A DNA stretch of 63,552 bases, filler included, from Conidiobolus incongruus B7586 (taxonomy: Eukaryota): NCBI GenBank assembly GCA_000697335.1. It is 17 parts of 17 records of this genome, joined end to end, with 100 filler letters (N's around TTAATTAATTAA, not from the genome) between each part and the next. Parts side by side here need not be neighbours in the genome. Positions count along the whole stretch, not along the records: positions 1 to 1,889 come from JNEM01003867.1; positions 1,990 to 5,925 come from JNEM01003868.1; positions 6,026 to 12,403 come from JNEM01003870.1; 14 more parts are not named here. One strand, 5' to 3'. The notes beneath the pieces are model-generated. The model made no database searches, was not told the origin of the DNA, and was given only the letters and a program-made list of their open reading frames with translations. Position 1 is the first letter of the stretch; the number at the start of each line of letters is the position of its first letter. A program made the translations under genes and the position numbers. Of this stretch, positions 1 to 11,580 are shown piece by piece.

Positions 1-1169
1 TTATAATATATATATATATATAGTTTAAAATATTAATCTTATTATATATTTTCTAAATATATGATTTTTTAAAACTAGGAATTTATTTAAAAAATCAAAA
101 ATTAATTTTGTCATTTTTTGCTTTTAAACTAATATATCATTATAAATCAAAAAATTTGCTTTTTTTAATTTTAATTATTTATTCAAATTTTAGATATATT
201 TTATTGATTAATATCAAGGATATTCTTTATATAATAGAAAATTCTAGACTATAACAAGTCTTAGAGTTTTAATATATTAGCAAGAGGATCAATTATATTA
301 TAAAATAACCACTAAAAAGATATTTGCTAGAAAATCACTTTAATCAAAGCTAAGCCCTATATTTTAATATTTTAATAAAACTCCTCCAAAATACCTTATT
401 AGTTATCTTTGGCTTGTTTTATCAGATTTATATGATTATTATCATAAGACTATTTTTTAAAAGTTTTGCAATATATTTACACTTTTTATTATTAAAATCT
501 GATTAATAATATATATATATATATTTAAAAATTTTAATTTTATTCAATTATTAAACATTTAATAATTACAATACTTATTGGAAATCTAATTAAATTTTTA
601 ATAATTCTAAATATTTTTAGTAATTCAGGGTATAGATATATATAAATTATTTTATATAATCTTATCAAATTTAAATATTTTCTAATAAATTTGCCAATAT
701 TAAATATTCTATATATATGGTAATTTTTTCAATTATTTTAGAATTCCATTTAATATTAAATAATATTATACTTGAGACGCTATATTGCTATTTGAGGATA
801 ATTTTGTTCTTAGGATAAAATAACAAAAATAGGGAGATCAGCTTTATAATACAAAAAAAATTATAAAGATATTTAGTAATTTTAATCTTATTATATATAT
901 AAGCTTATATTTAGATGACAAGGGTTTTGATATTATAAAATATAATAAAATAACTAAATACTGATAGGATGATATTAATATAATTATATAGGAATTTGAG
1001 ATCATTATAGGATTATTTAATCGGTTATATTAATATATATGAATATATCAAAATAGATTTCATTATATTTGATGATATTATATATAATAATATCAACACC
1101 AAGTGTTAAAATATTTTGAAAATATATTGGTAATAAAATAATATCAGCAATTAATAGTAAATTACATTA

Positions 1170-1790
1170 TTGAGTGATTATAAGAATATATTTAATATAA
1201 ACAAAATTAAATATATGGTTGGTAAATAATTCTATCCAAATTTAATTTTTTTACTATAGAATTAAAATAGGAATTTTTTTAATTTTTAATTTTTTCAAAT
1301 ATATTATTAAAACTTATCCATAAGTATTTTAAAATTATTTAAAATTTATAATTAGCTATTTATAATAGATTATTATTTAAATTTATTATTTATAATTAGG
1401 TATAAAAATATAATGGTAACAAAACCAATATATTATAAAAGAAGATTTAATATAAAGATAGTATAGCATAAGGATATAATAATATAATATGGAAATATAA
1501 ATAAAATTTAATTAAGCTTTAATAAATAATAAATTATTAATATATTAGGTTTTATATTAGATAGTACCAATATATTATAATATTAATAAAATATAGCCTC
1601 AATTTTAGACATAAGATAAAATATAAAAAATAATAAAAATTAATGAAAAAAACCTAATTTATTTGATAATCCAATAATATTTATATAATTAATTTAGATT
1701 CAAAAGTATAAATTAATTATATAATTTATAATTAATTAAATTATTTGGAAATAAATATAAGAATTTAAAAAATCAATTTTTTAATAAGAT
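1170..1790. repeat. Unclassified dispersed repeat (family C, inverted)
   Basis: TATAGCATAAG...ATATAATATGGAAATATAAA...TTTAATTAAGCT is the reverse complement of 11330-11385. Confidence 0.6.
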
Positions 1791-1889
1791 AAATCATTTT
1801 AAAATAAAAAAAATTATTTAAAACTTATTAAAGCCTAGAAAAATTATTTTAACAATTATTTTTTTAATTATTAATAAAATAAATAAATA

Positions 1890-1989
1890 NNNNNNNNNNN
1901 NNNNNNNNNNNNNNNNNNNNNNNNNNNNNNNNNTTAATTAATTAANNNNNNNNNNNNNNNNNNNNNNNNNNNNNNNNNNNNNNNNNNNN
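1890..1989. other. Artificial contig spacer N44-TTAATTAATTAA-N44 (first of 16; others start near 5926, 12404, 14346, 21854, 23367, 24986, 26934, 28175, 31390, 45750, 47680, 49018, 57262, 58447, 62412)
   Basis: An identical 100-bp cassette carrying stop codons in all six frames, repeated at every gap. Confidence 0.97.
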
Positions 1990-2779
1990 TTTTATTGATT
2001 ATAAATAATTTTTTGTTATATTTTTAACAAGTTTTTAATAATAAAAAATAATTGTTTCTATTAATGATTAAAATCCAATATAATAAAATTTTTAAATATT
2101 TTCTAAAAAATATCTTTTTTTAAAATTGATTATTAAATTATTTAAACCCATAATAATTCTATTTATAATTTAATATTTATATTCAATATGGTAGTTTTTT
2201 ATTATAAAAATCTTTTATTATTTATCTTTATATATTATAAAAATATTATATAAAATAATAGATATTTTTTTATATCAACAATACTAAAAAAAATATTCTT
2301 TATTGAAAAAACATTATAGAATTTATTATTGATATATTAATTCTTAATTATAAAATCATAATTATTAATAATATTATAATTTATTGAAATAATTAGTATT
2401 TACTTATAAATTTAATATCTATTTAGTGAAATTTATAAAAATAGATATTTAAGCTTAACCTAACATTTTAATTGATGTTTTAATAAAGATTTCAATAAAA
2501 AGATTTATGATTTATCAATTATAATAGTTTATTATAAAAGTTTTGGTGCTTGCTTATATCTTAATAAGTTTAATTTAGTTATAACTACTAAAGGTTTTTT
2601 AAGCTTTAATTAAACTATAAAATATCTAAATTATATTTTGATTAATAATTCTATATTTAAACTCTAATATATATATATATATATATTTAATATTAATCTT
2701 CTTTGATATTTTTTTAGATAAATTAAAAAAATATTTATCAATATTTTTTATATTTAATTAATATTTAAATGAATATTAC

Positions 2780-3022
2780 CTTTAATAAATAATTAAATTC
2801 TAATAAATTTAAATAATTTATTTTAAAGTATTTTGATTAAAAAAATAAGGAAATTAATTAAAGAATTATTTGCAAAAGTTGCTTATAATTTTAAATTATA
2901 ATAAAAAACTTATGATTAAGTTTTATTTATAGTAAAATAAGAACTTTTTGTGATTATTATTTAATTTAAATATAACTAAATAATAATTTTTTAAAAATTA
3001 ATTTCTAATAAAAAAGGCATTA
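2780..3022 (-). mobile_element. 5' fragment of the mariner family
   Basis: AAAATAAGAACTTTTTGTGATTATTAT matches 15440-15465 and 29668-29693; it ends in a TA run. Confidence 0.45.
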
Positions 3023-4117
3023 TATATATAGTATAAGAGTATAAATTTTTCCTATTTATTATTTACATTTTTTTGTAAATTAATAATATAAAACAAAATT
3101 TGAAATTAAAAAATTTCCTATTTTTTCAATTTCGTATTAATATATAAAAGCTAGTATTTATTTATTATTAATATTATAAATTTCAAATCTAACAATACTT
3201 AAAAAATATGAATATTCTATTAAAATAATGGGTTTGATTAATAGTTAAGTTATTTCAAAAAATTTCAAATTATATATAGAATAATAATTATTAAAGTATA
3301 TTTAAATATAGGCTTTTTTTAATTATCCAATTGAATTTTGTAATATTTATTCATTTAATTTCTGAGTATTCAATAGTTAAAAGATTATTTCAAAATAAAA
3401 TAAACGATTTTATATATAATCGAGAATTAATATAATAATACCCATTTTTTTTGAAAAATATATATACTAGTATTGAATTAATATTAAAAAATTTCTTATT
3501 TTAAAATTGGAAGAATCAATATTATATAATAATGCCTGACTTAATATGAATCGCGAGTTGTTTACTTGATTTTTTAAATACTATATTATGAGAATTTTAA
3601 TAAATTTTTATACTTTATAATCCAATATTTATCTTATATTCAATTATCTTGACAAAAGTTATATAGATTTGAATATTAAATATCCATATATAGCAACTAT
3701 TTTTGTATATAATTATAATTAATATTAAATATTAATTCTTATATTGTTTAATTTAGTATTAAATATAATCCATAATAAAAACTATATTTTTTAAGTTTTG
3801 TTATTAATAATTTCTATATATTGAATAATAGGAAGAAATAAAATTTATAAAATAATATAACATATATTTCAAAGTATTTTAATAAAAAAATTTATTTATT
3901 AAAATAAATTAAATTTTCAAATCAAAAGGGATAATTAGGGGTATTTTGAATATTTATATGGATTTACAATATATTATTAATATTTCAAACTAATTTTATT
4001 CTTTATTATGAATAACAAAGATATAATATATTATTTGTATTTAATTGAGGTATACTTTACACAATAATCACATTTTGATAATACGTAATTTAATTAATAA
4101 GATCAATATTCTATTAA

Positions 4118-4828
4118 CTAAAACTCAGATATAAGCATAAATAGAAAAGTCGTCATAAGAATATTAGCTATATATTGCTGACATATTATGCCACTATTAT
4201 CATTGACAACGCCTCCTCTATATCCTCCATTATATCCAGGATAATGACCTGTGGTAAGTCCATCAGGATGATCTTTACTAGACTCTACTCCAGATCCTGA
4301 TTTAGTTTTTCCCGCAGATCCCCTTCCAGATCTCCCACCAGAACCTCTTCCACCACCTGAAAAGCCCTTCAAATTTAACTTTTGCAATCTCGCAGATAAA
4401 GTTTGGTGATAAATTTCTAAATCAGTTTGAGATTCGATGCTGGCCTCATTGGAGACTGGAATTTGATTGGTGCACAAAATTTCCTTCCAAATGATATCTA
4501 GCTGGCCTGATGTTGATTCCGAAATTTGCTTTATTGCATTCGAACTAAGCCCAAGCTCTTGTTTTCCGCAATCATTACAAACTTTTGAAACTATTGCAAC
4601 GATTGTTTTATTGTTATTGATATTGGTGATTTGAAGACATGATCCACAAAGATTAACGATTGAAAACATTTCAACACTGACGCCAACTGTGTATTCAATG
4701 GATTCATAATGGTAGGTACAAATTGCAGAATTACTCATTTGATTCAATTTTTCCAAATTATTATTGTTCAAAGTTGTATTAGAAAATGGAATTGCCAAGG
4801 CACTAGTAATTAGTAATATTTTATACAT
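4118..4828 (-). CDS. Secreted RlpA-like double-psi beta-barrel (expansin/Barwin-like) protein with Gly/Arg-rich tail and probable GPI-anchor signal
   Basis: Intact 236-aa ORF with a hydrophobic N-terminus (MYKILLITSALAIPF). The DPBB pattern is CGSCLQIT...IVAIVSKVCNDC...LGLSSNAIKQIS...GQLDIIWKEILC. A GGGRGSGGRSGRG tract follows, and the C-terminus is hydrophobic after DNSG. Confidence 0.75.
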   Translation of the reverse strand: MYKILLITSALAIPFSNTTLNNNNLEKLNQMSNSAICTYHYESIEYTVGVSVEMFSIVNLCGSCLQITNINNNKTIVAIVSKVCNDCGKQELGLSSNAIKQISESTSGQLDIIWKEILCTNQIPVSNEASIESQTDLEIYHQTLSARLQKLNLKGFSGGGRGSGGRSGRGSAGKTKSGSGVESSKDHPDGLTTGHYPGYNGGYRGGVVNDNSGIICQQYIANILMTTFLFMLISEF

Positions 4829-5148
4829 AATTTTGAAATAAACAGAATTAATTTTATCTACTCTTACAAATTTCGATTTATATATATATAATTTTTTTAA
4901 TATTGTGGTATTATAAATATTTGAATAAACTTATTTTGTGTAATTGAGCGATTTAAAATAAATAGAATATTCTTTTTACTTATTATTCTCTCAATAAAAA
5001 TTATATTTAAACAAATTTTGTTATTATTTTCCAATCTCTTAAACTGCGTAAATATACATTGAAATATTATCTTGTATCAATACTATTTCATCAATACAAT
5101 AGGAATTATAGTACAAAAAATTTTATATATTTATTAGTTATTTTATAA

Positions 5149-5925
5149 TATTACTCTGCATTTTTAATAATTGGAATTTTTTGTGATTGAAAATAAATAA
5201 ACATTTTGATATATAATATATAAAAATAAGAATATAATATAAATTTAATAGTTTTTTTAATATTATTAACTTTTTGCCATACTTTTGGCAAAATTTTAAC
5301 ACTTAAAAAATAGTTTTATTATGGACAGAAATTTGTTGTTTCACAAATTAATTAAATTTTCCTATAAAAATTTTCTTTTTTATAAACTGGTTTTTTAGTT
5401 ACCTAAAGCAATTATAATCATATAAGTTATAATTAAGGGAATATATTAAATGTGGTATTTTTTTCCAATTATTTTTAATTAGAAATTTTTTACTGGTGTA
5501 AATTTATGTATTTTATAATTATGATATAAAATAATAGGTTTTTTAAATTATATTCAAAAAACTAATAAAAAATTTTTAATAATTAATTTTCTTTCAAAAA
5601 CTAAATAAAAGTAATATATATTATTATATTTTATAATAGTTATAATATTCACTTAATAATAAAATGCTTAAAAAATGATAAAAAAGGTTAATTTAATTTA
5701 ATTTAGAATTTTGATTTATATTTTATTAAAGGATTTTATAAGGGTATTTAAAATTTATTAATTATAAATATTTATTATAAAAACTTAAGTTTCTAGTAAT
5801 ATTTTGGTAGGTTTTATTTAACAATAACTATATTAGTTTTTTTCTAAGCTTTAGTTAAATTATAAAATATTTAATTTATATTTTATCTTTTAATTTAAAT
5901 TTAAACTTTAATATTTATAAAATAT
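5149..5925 (-). mobile_element. mariner-family relic (cut by gap)
   Basis: NWKKIPHLIYSLNYNLYDYNCF and ILPKVWQKV on the minus strand; collinear with 24049-24855. Confidence 0.8.
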
Positions 5926-6744
5926 NNNNNNNNNNNNNNNNNNNNNNNNNNNNNNNNNNNNNNNNNNNNTTAATTAATTAANNNNNNNNNNNNNNNNNNN
6001 NNNNNNNNNNNNNNNNNNNNNNNNNTATATTATATTTTAATTTTTGAATTTTTATTATATTATAACTTTTATAATAATTAAAGGTTTATTTATATTATTA
6101 ACTATAATTTGAAATATTTTATAAATAAAAATATATTTTAAACTTTATATTTTGCTATATAGTAAATTTAAATTAATGATATTTATATAATATAAATATT
6201 ATAAAGAGTACTAGTAAAATGTTTATTAGTTATAGAATTTTTCTATAAAGTTTAAAGCTCAGATATATATTTGATAGTATAAATTAATATAATATTATAA
6301 ATTTAATTCTGCAATATTAATTTTAAACATTTAAAAAGATATATGGGTTTATAGTAATTTAGATTCAAAGACAATATTGCTATTGGAAGAGTACGAGATG
6401 TTAAGATGTTTTTTTTGAATATATATCTCCGGGATAATACAAAGTTTTATGGCAAGGAATTTATCAAGACATTATCATTTTTCGAATTTTGCAATGGATG
6501 AATATAGCTGATTTTATTACAAATAATATTTTTAATATTGAATAATTGGAATTTTAGCTTAATATCTTTAAATTAAATAATCTATTGATTTAACAGGAAT
6601 TAATAAATGACTTTATAATATTAAATATATATATATAATATTTCATTAGATAATTAATCAATTATGAGCTATTTGGATTTCAAAAGAGAAATTAATGCTA
6701 TTGGTTAAATTTAATGATTATAAAGAGATAGAATAAAATTAATA

Positions 6745-6846
6745 ATGAGCGATTTGTGCGATTGGTTGATTTCAAATATACCAAAAGTGAATTAAAGTTA
6801 TTAAATAAACTGGATTAATAATAGGAAGTTGAAGGTAGTATAAAAA
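6745..6846 (+). promoter_or_regulatory. Metallothionein promoter: conserved element with inverted CCAAT box, plus TATA box
   Basis: ATGAGcgATTTgTGCGATTGGTTGA at ~6745-6769 is matched by ATGAGgaATTTaTGCGATTGGTTGA at ~9415-9439 upstream of the paralogue. TATAAAAA lies at 6839-6846, about 95 nt before the ATG. Confidence 0.55.
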
Positions 6847-6937
6847 GGTCAGCTTACATTATTTTCCAAGAAAAAAATCATTCAATCGCTAATTCTTCAA
6901 TCAACGAGTTTAAATTTAAAAATTATTGAGTTTTAAA

Positions 6938-7489
6938 ATGCCAAAAAATTGTGAAGCTACTGGATACAGGGGTGAATGCAATTGTGATACTTCCTGCATT
7001 TGCTCTGCTAAGAACAAAAATTGTGGTAATAGTTGCAAATGTGAAACCAAGTGTAATTGTGAAGATACCAAGACTGTTGGATGTTGCGGTGGATCAAAGG
7101 GAGAGTGTATTTGTGGCAATGAATGTACCTGTTCTTCAAACTGTTGCCGTAATAAGGATGCCGAATGTACTTGTGCCGAGTGTTGCCAATGTCCTTCTCG
7201 AATTGGTTCTTTGAACCAAAGTGCCAAATGCTGTGGTTTTGGAATTGGAACTTGCACTTGTGGAGAGAAATGCAACTGTGCTACTGGATGCTGTCACAAA
7301 GAAGACGATGTTTGTAATTGCTCTAATGACTGCAGCTGCCCTAGTAATACTTCCAAATTATCCAATATAAAATGCTATAGTAGTCAAAATGGACAGTGTA
7401 ACTGTGGTACTAAATGTCAATGTGGCAAAGGATGCAGTGTCAAAGCAGTCAAGGGGTTTGCTTCTCGTTTTACTTGTACCTGTTTATAA
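6938..7489 (+). CDS. Long modular metallothionein-like Cys-rich protein (183 aa, 43 Cys)
   Basis: The first ATG is at 6938 (the ORF track starts at an upstream TTG). The protein has repeated CC-x6-CxC-x3-CxC-x3 modules, almost no aromatic residues and no signal peptide. The gene is intronless with a TAA stop. Confidence 0.8.
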   Translation: MPKNCEATGYRGECNCDTSCICSAKNKNCGNSCKCETKCNCEDTKTVGCCGGSKGECICGNECTCSSNCCRNKDAECTCAECCQCPSRIGSLNQSAKCCGFGIGTCTCGEKCNCATGCCHKEDDVCNCSNDCSCPSNTSKLSNIKCYSSQNGQCNCGTKCQCGKGCSVKAVKGFASRFTCTCL

Positions 7490-8299
7490 CAACATGTACT
7501 TGGTTAAACAGATTATTAGCTATTCGTTAATAAAATTACGTTTCCCATTTAAAGTATTCTGGTATATTACTGGTACATTCAAAATATATATTTATCATAT
7601 TAAATCGCTTTTTCAGCAACAAATTTTCTTATTTAACCCTTTCAATAATATTTGATTTAATGCCAGATTTTATAAAAATTGGGGAATTGAGTTTTCGAAT
7701 GATCCAATATTCACTCTTGATTTTATATAGCCATCGCAAATATTTCGTATGAATTACATTAATTTATTGATACTGAATGTTAGCATATGCTTTAGATTAA
7801 AAATATTACAGCCTTTTTAAGTTTGATTTATAGTATTAAGATTAGATTGGAGAAAGGGTTCAGACTCAATCAACTCAAAAACTTTCGATTTGAGAGTTTC
7901 AAATTATTAAAAATTCTCTATTTTGATTTTCTGAATTTTTGCCATATAAAGGAATTGGTGATAAATATATTATTAAATTCAAGATTAAATAATTAATTAT
8001 ATATCAAAACATAATTCATCGATTGATATTACTCAACAAAATCATTTTTGATATCAAGTGATATTATTACTTATAAATTTAATATTAATCATAAGAACTA
8101 ATTAAATTATTTCATAAATGACAAATTAAGATACTGTTCATAATGGCTGATTTTATTTCATTTTATCAAGATCAATAGGAGTTCTAGTTGATCTATTTAT
8201 TAGTCTGATCATTTAGAATACGATGATCCCATAATTTCTATTAATCCTGACTCGAAAATGTGTATACTGATCTCTAATATATCTAATGATAAATGATTT

Positions 8300-8545
8300 A
8301 CACCTTAGTAACTCCCTAAACTGCTGACTCGATTTCATATCCCATAATACTATTTACAATCTCTCCTCTCTTCAATATATTCTTCTATTTATTCCCTAAT
8401 AAATCACAGTATAAACATGAACTTATAACACTGAAACCATATCCTTTAAGTGGAATCCACAAGTTACGGACCAATATATTCTGCAAAATATTACCTCTAT
8501 TCGTTCTAAGGTCTAATAAGAGCTTTCTTCATTCATCCATTATTG
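8300..8545 (+). pseudogene. Decayed coding remnant of unknown family, paralogous to 44625-44875 (inverted)
   Basis: Aligns by eye with the reverse complement of 44625-44875 (shared CAATATATTCTGCAAAATAT and AGGTCTAATAAGA). Many differences fall at third codon positions (PNxSQYK..., WxPQxTDQYILQNIT). Stops and frameshifts are present. Confidence 0.5.
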
Positions 8546-9666
8546 ATAACCAGGTAATAATATTTTAGAGTAATTTAAAAATTTTTTATGAGTATACAAA
8601 TGGATTTTAGCAGTAAACATGTTTGAATTTGGCCGATTTTCCAGTGGTCTTTAAAGATTTAAATTTTTGATCAGCCTTGGCATAACTATTGATTTTATGA
8701 CAATTTATTTAATTTGTTCTATTCGGTAGTTGTTTTTATTTATATCGCACTAAAATACGAAATCAATTGATACCATATTATTATTGAATTGTTTAAATAA
8801 AATAATGCCTACATTATATTCAAAAATCTATTGCTACTAAATTTGATAAAATCCTTAAAAAATTAAAATATAATGGTTTTGGCAAAAATAAATGAATTGT
8901 GGAAGATAATTAGTTTATATTTGTGTTAATTGACACTAGTAGCATTTATATAAGTTAACATCAAGTAAAATAAGTTACTTAAATAATTTGAAAAAATTTT
9001 AATATTATAAACTATTTAAAAGATTCATTAATTAAAAAATTTCAAGTGATTATGAATTATTTTGACAGAATTCTGATTCTCATATATTGTTTAATATCTA
9101 CTCAATATATCATTATTATATTAGGATAAGATTGATAGATTTAAAATCAAATTTTAGAAATTTTATTCCTAAGATATATTAATTGCTTTGATATTCAATT
9201 ATTTTACCTTTTGTAATTGAATTTAATAAAAATATAAAATAATATTAATATAAACATAATAGCTTATATCATTCTGATTTGAATTGAAAATATATATAGC
9301 TTGATCTCAATATACAAAATCACCATAACTTGTTTTATTAATGAACTATCAAATTATAAATGATTTTCAAAATGCTTGAAACTCATAAATATGGAATACA
9401 GATTTTGAAAAGATATGAGGAATTTATGCGATTGGTTGAATTTAGCCGAGATAAGGGAAAAGAATGATGTAATAAATTTTAAAATTAATTGTGTAATAGG
9501 ATTTTTTATGAATATTGAAAAAAATATTCAGTTTATCAAACTTTTTAGATTATTAATATGAAATTGAACGTAGTATACAAACAATGGTTAAGTCATTTAT
9601 AAGACCAAAAACTAATGTAACTTTATTTTGTAAGAAGCCAGTCTTATAATTATTAAGAATTTTAAG

Positions 9667-10184
9667 ATGCCAGAAAATCGTGAAGCTACTGGATACAGGG
9701 GTGAATGCAATTGTGATACTTCCTGCATTTGCTCTGCTAAGAACAAAAATTGTGGTAATAGTTGCAAATGTGAAACCAAGTGTAATTGTGAAGATACCAA
9801 GACTGTTGGATGTTGCGGTGGATCAAAGGGAGAGTGTATTTGTGGCAATGAATGTACCTGTTCTTCAAACTGTTGCCGTAATAAGGATGCCAATGTACTT
9901 GTGCCGAGTGTTGCCAATGTCCTTCTCGAATTGGTTCTTTGAACCAAAGTGCCAAATGCTGTGGGTTCGAAGCTGAACCTTGCAATTTTGGTAAGAGTTG
10001 CAATTGTGCGACCCAACGTTGCCATAGTGAGAAAACTGTTTGTGATTGCTCTAATAATTGCTACTGCCTTAAGAGAATTTCAATACAATTATCCAATGCC
10101 AAATGCTTTTGGGATAAAAACTCAAACTATAGTTATGACAACCACTGCTAATATGCCATTAAATTCAATGTTGGTTTAACCTAA
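9667..10184 (+). pseudogene. Tandem metallothionein paralogue, frameshifted
   Basis: 9680-9964 is identical to 6951-7236 except for loss of the base equivalent to G7163 (between 9891 and 9892), which causes a frameshift. The 3' half is diverged, with Cys->Tyr (TGT->TAT) changes and a Gln->stop (CAA->TAA at 10149-10151). Confidence 0.8.
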
Positions 10185-11039
10185 CAATTCGATTACAACT
10201 TTGCTTATAAGCCTTTTTACAATTCCTTATTAATTAATATTAGTTAATAACTATTATTCTTTAATAATGTCTATTTAAAATATATAGTCTTAATTTATAC
10301 ATTTTATAAATATAAAAAATCTTAACGTAAAATTTATATATATATACTAATTATTAATATAATTCAATATTATTCCATAAATTAAATAATATTATATCTT
10401 AAAAATTATCTCAATATAGTTTTAAATATTATATATATATATATATATATCCTTCATAATAGCTAATAAATTATATAAAATTAATAATTTTGATTATTAA
10501 TAAAGTTATATTATATTTTTTACAAACTTTTGATATTTAAATACCCAATCTTTTTATCAAAACCTATAATATTATTTTATAAAATAATTAAATTTATTTT
10601 GAGACATCTTTTATCAATATTTTGTTTAATTATCCAAATAATTGTAATTTTAAAATTTTAATATAGGGAATACTATCTAATATAATAAGCTTTTTGAATA
10701 TATAGATATATATGAATTTTTTATAATTTTTAACTTTTAATCTTTATCAATTTATAATTTAAAATAGAGATTAAATTTGATTTATTTAAATTATATTAAC
10801 TAAAAATTATTTTTTTGAAAATAAATATAATATTATATAATATTTAACTTTATTATATTAATTAAGTTAATATAAATAGTAATTATTTATTAAAATATTA
10901 AATTTAATATTATAAATATTATTTTTTTTTTGATTATAATTAAAATATTTTTGTTATTTTTGATTTTTAATATTAGATATTAATAATAACTATTTATTAA
11001 TTAAATTTTTAATATAGAATTATTATCTTTATTGAAATA

Positions 11040-11580
11040 TTAATTAGTTTTATTTTTTTAAAAGACTAGTTCTTTAAATCTCTATATATACTTTTATTAT
11101 AATTTAAATAAATATTAATTATATAATTAATTTATACTTTTAGAGTTTAATTAATTATATAAATAATATTAAATTATCTAATAAATTAAATTTTTCTTTT
11201 TCCTCTCAATTTTTATAATCTGTTATTTTTATATTATTTTTAAGATAAAGACTATATTTTATTAATATTATAGTATATTGTTGTTATTTAATATATATCT
11301 TAATATATTTGTGACTTATTATAGTTTGTAGCTTAATTAAACTTTGTTTATATTTCCATATTATATCACTATATCTTATGCTATATTATTTTATATTAAG
11401 TTCTCTTCTATATTGTATCAGTGATTTTGCCTCTTTAATTATATAGTAACAATAATAAAATTATTAAAAACCTATTATAAAACTAATAATTATTTATATT
11501 AAATTTATTTATTAGTTTTTAAATTTAATTTATAATTTATTTTTTTCAATTTTAATATTATATATTATGATATCACTCAT
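11040..11580. repeat. Unclassified dispersed repeat (family C)
   Basis: Collinear with 27630-28170 (AGACTAGTTCTTTAAAT, TTAATTTATACTT, TTATATTAAGTT) and with the reverse complement of ~1170-1790. Confidence 0.65.

Noticed and set aside
6916..10179. Antisense and alternate-frame ORFs over the metallothionein genes (6916-7275, 6951-7214, 7389-7655, 9612-10025, 9680-9976, 9737-10003, 9949-10179)
   Set aside because: These are shadows of the TGT/TGC-rich coding strand with no independent protein features.
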